Shown: positions 61,174 to 64,000 of the stretch, one piece after another
Position numbering within the stretch: the stretch's first letter is position 1
Layout of the letters: each line of letters begins with the position of its first letter
Source of the DNA: Dicyema japonicum
Lineage: Eukaryota; Animalia; Dicyemida
NCBI GenBank assembly: GCA_011109175.1
Contig: RDEW01000072.1
Coordinates: forward strand, 62,001-126,000
Direction: 5' to 3'
Length of the DNA stretch: 64,000 nucleotides
Position numbers and translations under genes: made by a program
The notes under the pieces: generated by a model
Seen by the model: the letters and a program-made list of their open reading frames with translations, nothing else
Database searches by the model: none
Told to the model about the DNA's origin: nothing

Positions 61174-62499
61174 TTTGACCTATATTAAAATTATTGTTAT
61201 TAGCAGCATGCATAAATTCATCCAAATAATTTTCAAAATTGAGATTATATCCTCAAAAATTTGACCTAATCTTTTCCTCTTAACCTCTCATGTGAAAACC
61301 TATCATAAACTCGTGAATTAATTGCTATAGAACTGACAATATCCCAATTCATTAGTCTATTAACATGGGATCGATTTCAATGTTTCAAAATCCACGAGAA
61401 TTTTGAAACCAAACCCGATCATTACAATCCCTTTTTTAACTGACTTATTTACTTCTTGTGAGTATTTCCCAAATTTTTGAATGAGTTATACTGCATTTAA
61501 TCGAACAACTATTCCGAGGAGTTCCGCTAGACGTTACTGCTTTCAAGTCCTGAGGGAAAAAGGGATCTTCTAAATTTTTTTCATTCGTGCATTGAAGCTG
61601 TTTTTCTTGAATTTTAAAAATCAATATCAAAACTTACATGATTAAATTTAATAACCTCCAGAGCGAATAGTGAATCATTTGGTATCACCATAGGTTTGGT
61701 AGGTTTATTGAGTTATGATCTGTGGAACACGATTCCGATCAGTTGGCGAATGTGGTTACTCAATTTCCTTTCTGACAACTTTGGAAGGTCCCTCTATTAT
61801 GTTAGACTACTTTCTTTATACGAACTATCTTAAGGCTCGGCCCTTTTCTGCCTAGTTAATCTCAGATCAATTTTAACGAAAAACTATGACAAACTTCTCC
61901 TTTCTTACGTCTCTGAGATATAATCACAGCTTTTAAGTATTCCAAGAACATCTTGACAATATTTTCCCTAGTTCGGCATCAGATTTAATTCAAAAGAGAC
62001 TATAACAATCTATACTACTGACAGTCTTCAGTTTAACCGAAACCAAGGTTTTTTAAACAACGCTTCCTTCTTGTTAAAAACACATGCTTTAGCTACAATT
62101 CCTTGATAAATTTAAAATGCCGGACCATTTGGACTACTGGCTGTATTTTCATAATTTTGAAAAGTGTTAGTTTGACCAATATTAAAATTATTATTAGCAG
62201 CGACATAAAATCATCCAAATAATTTCCTATGTTGAGACCATTTCCCAAGAAATTTAGACCTAATCTTTGCCTCTCTACCTCTCATGTGAAAACTTATAAA
62301 CTCAGGGAATTGAATGCAATGGAAAAGGACAATATACCAATTCATTCGTCTATTTATTTAGGATCGATATCGGTGATTTAAAAATCCTCAAGTATTTTGA
62401 AACCAAACCCGATCATGCTGCCGTTGACTAATCATTGAACGTTGTTCAAAAACTAAGCACATCACATAGTTTTATTACATTTAGACTGTTGTAGACGAT

Positions 62500-63560
62500 A
62501 TTTACTAGCATGACAACGGCTGAGTTCATCTCTTTGCTAGCGATCTAGTGCGAAATTGTCAGGGGGCAAAAGAGCAGGCTTTTGATAAACAAGTGCCTAT
62601 CTGTGTCTCACAGAAACTCACTTTTGTCTATGTTGGTGGATGTGAAGAAGGCTTACGATTCAGTTGATCATTTTTACCTTTTCGAGTGCCTACACATGCT
62701 TTTTATACCTGTGTAGTCATAGGTTTTGTAATGGCAGTGATGAATAGCTGGAGAATTTATCTGAACCATGATAGGCTCTGAATAGGCGAGGTAAACTCAA
62801 GAGGAGGATCGTTCAGGGGAATAGCATGTCTCCGATGCTCTTTGTTTTCGGTTAGGAGCCATTGAGTCGCAACCTCAATATTAGTTCATTGTTAGGAGGG
62901 ATAGTTTCAATATAAATCACCTTCATTTTATCGATGACTGAAGATGTATGCTCGAACAGTCGAGAAGCTCAACTTCATGGGGGTCTATGCCATGGAATTC
63001 TTCGAAAAAATAAGACAAAATTTGAATTATTCAAAGTCTGCGACTAACACGCAAGTAAGTATCGAATTAGTCAGCGAACTAGAGAAAGGCGAAGGACATA
63101 AGTATTTGGATGTTAATGAAACTCCAAAGTCCCTTATAATGCCTAGACAAAACTACAAATTACTGAAGGAATTTGTAAATGACCAGGATTATTATGAAAG
63201 ACGTCTCTAAATGCATGGAATTTGTTCCTAGTAATTAATAAGTATGCTGTCTCGAAGCTAAATTACTACATAGGTGTTGTGGAGTTTAGCCCAAAGAGTA
63301 TGATAAGATCTATGTTATAATATGTAGAGTACTCAAGAGAACCATGTCCATGTGCTGGCAGCTAATAAGAGACTATATTTACACCGTGATAAATTCGGCC
63401 GTGGACTGTGTGGACTAGTCCAACTAAGTAAGCGTATACTAATACGATTGCACAACACCCGGATAGCTTGGTCAAAAGTGTCTGCTAGGAAGCACGTCAA
63501 AATAACGACCGGGATAACAAGGGCAGCTCACTTGGGCACTATCTGACCTCTTTTGTTGGT
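62500..63560 (+). mobile_element. Decayed Dong/R4 RT fragment
   Basis: CQGAKEQA, DVKKAYDSVDH, QGNSMSPMLF, HFIDD and RLYLHRDKFGRGL. Confidence 0.88.
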
Positions 63561-64000
63561 TTAGTATGATGATGGTGGGCTATTAAATGTGAAAGCGTCG
63601 ATCGAGTTATTTATGATACTGTAAACTCTCCCAATTTTGCTATTTTTGGTTCCAAAATTTTTGCGGAAAATTTTCACTAAAATTTGTATATTGAATAAAA
63701 TGGAAAATCTGAGAATTGAAATATTTAAGAATTGGCAAATTTAAGGGAGTTCACTGAATAATAATTTGATGGAAAAAATCAAGTTAAAAAGCTTTCATAA
63801 GGTCCTCTTCAGAGCATTAAACAACCTAAATGTCACCTTAAGTCGTCGACAATTTGCTAGAATACGGTGACAACTTACCTCGAAACGGTGTACACATATA
63901 TGCATGATCGCAATATTTTTTGGGGTCGATCAACTAAAAACATAACTCCAATTTAAGTCAAGGAGAATGTCGGTTGATCATTTAGCCACTCGGTGCAGAT

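Noticed and set aside
61395-61425. Homeobox, suggested by VWFQN on the minus strand
   Set aside because: No following RR.K.K and no upstream helices.
63700-64000. Tc1/IS630-like HTH start
   Set aside because: Only a vague resemblance, with stops, truncated by the window edge.

Overview
AT-rich eukaryotic DNA, mostly nested and decayed transposable elements, with one 646-nt assembly gap (33323-33968). Tiny spliceosomal introns of 21-28 nt point to a reduced parasite genome such as a myxozoan cnidarian; this taxon is an inference only. Recognisable host genes: an EEPD1-like DNase I-fold nuclease (12154-13392, minus), PDCD5 (32400-32820, minus) and a GT31 beta-1,3-galactosyltransferase-like gene (60141-61173, plus). 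There are also orphan ORFs and two decaying families of paralogous secreted or membrane protein genes (45-49.5 kb and 53-58 kb). Mobile elements: APE-RT LINEs (Jockey/I/CR1-like and RTE-like), RLE retrotransposons (CRE-like; Dong/R4-like, one with an intact 912-aa ORF), Buster-type hAT, Tc1 (DD34E), a Ginger-like TGT..ACA element and several tRNA-derived SINE families. Most notable: hAT transposases interrupted by host-style 25-28 nt introns, a 2A/StopGo motif (GDIEQNPGP) in front of a LINE endonuclease, a SINE family sharing its 3' end with a co-located LINE, a structured four-hairpin SINE core, a 1623-bp tandem array built from LINE sequence, and nests up to four levels deep with readable target-site duplications. 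Boundaries of decayed elements are approximate. All family assignments come from recalled motifs, not database searches.
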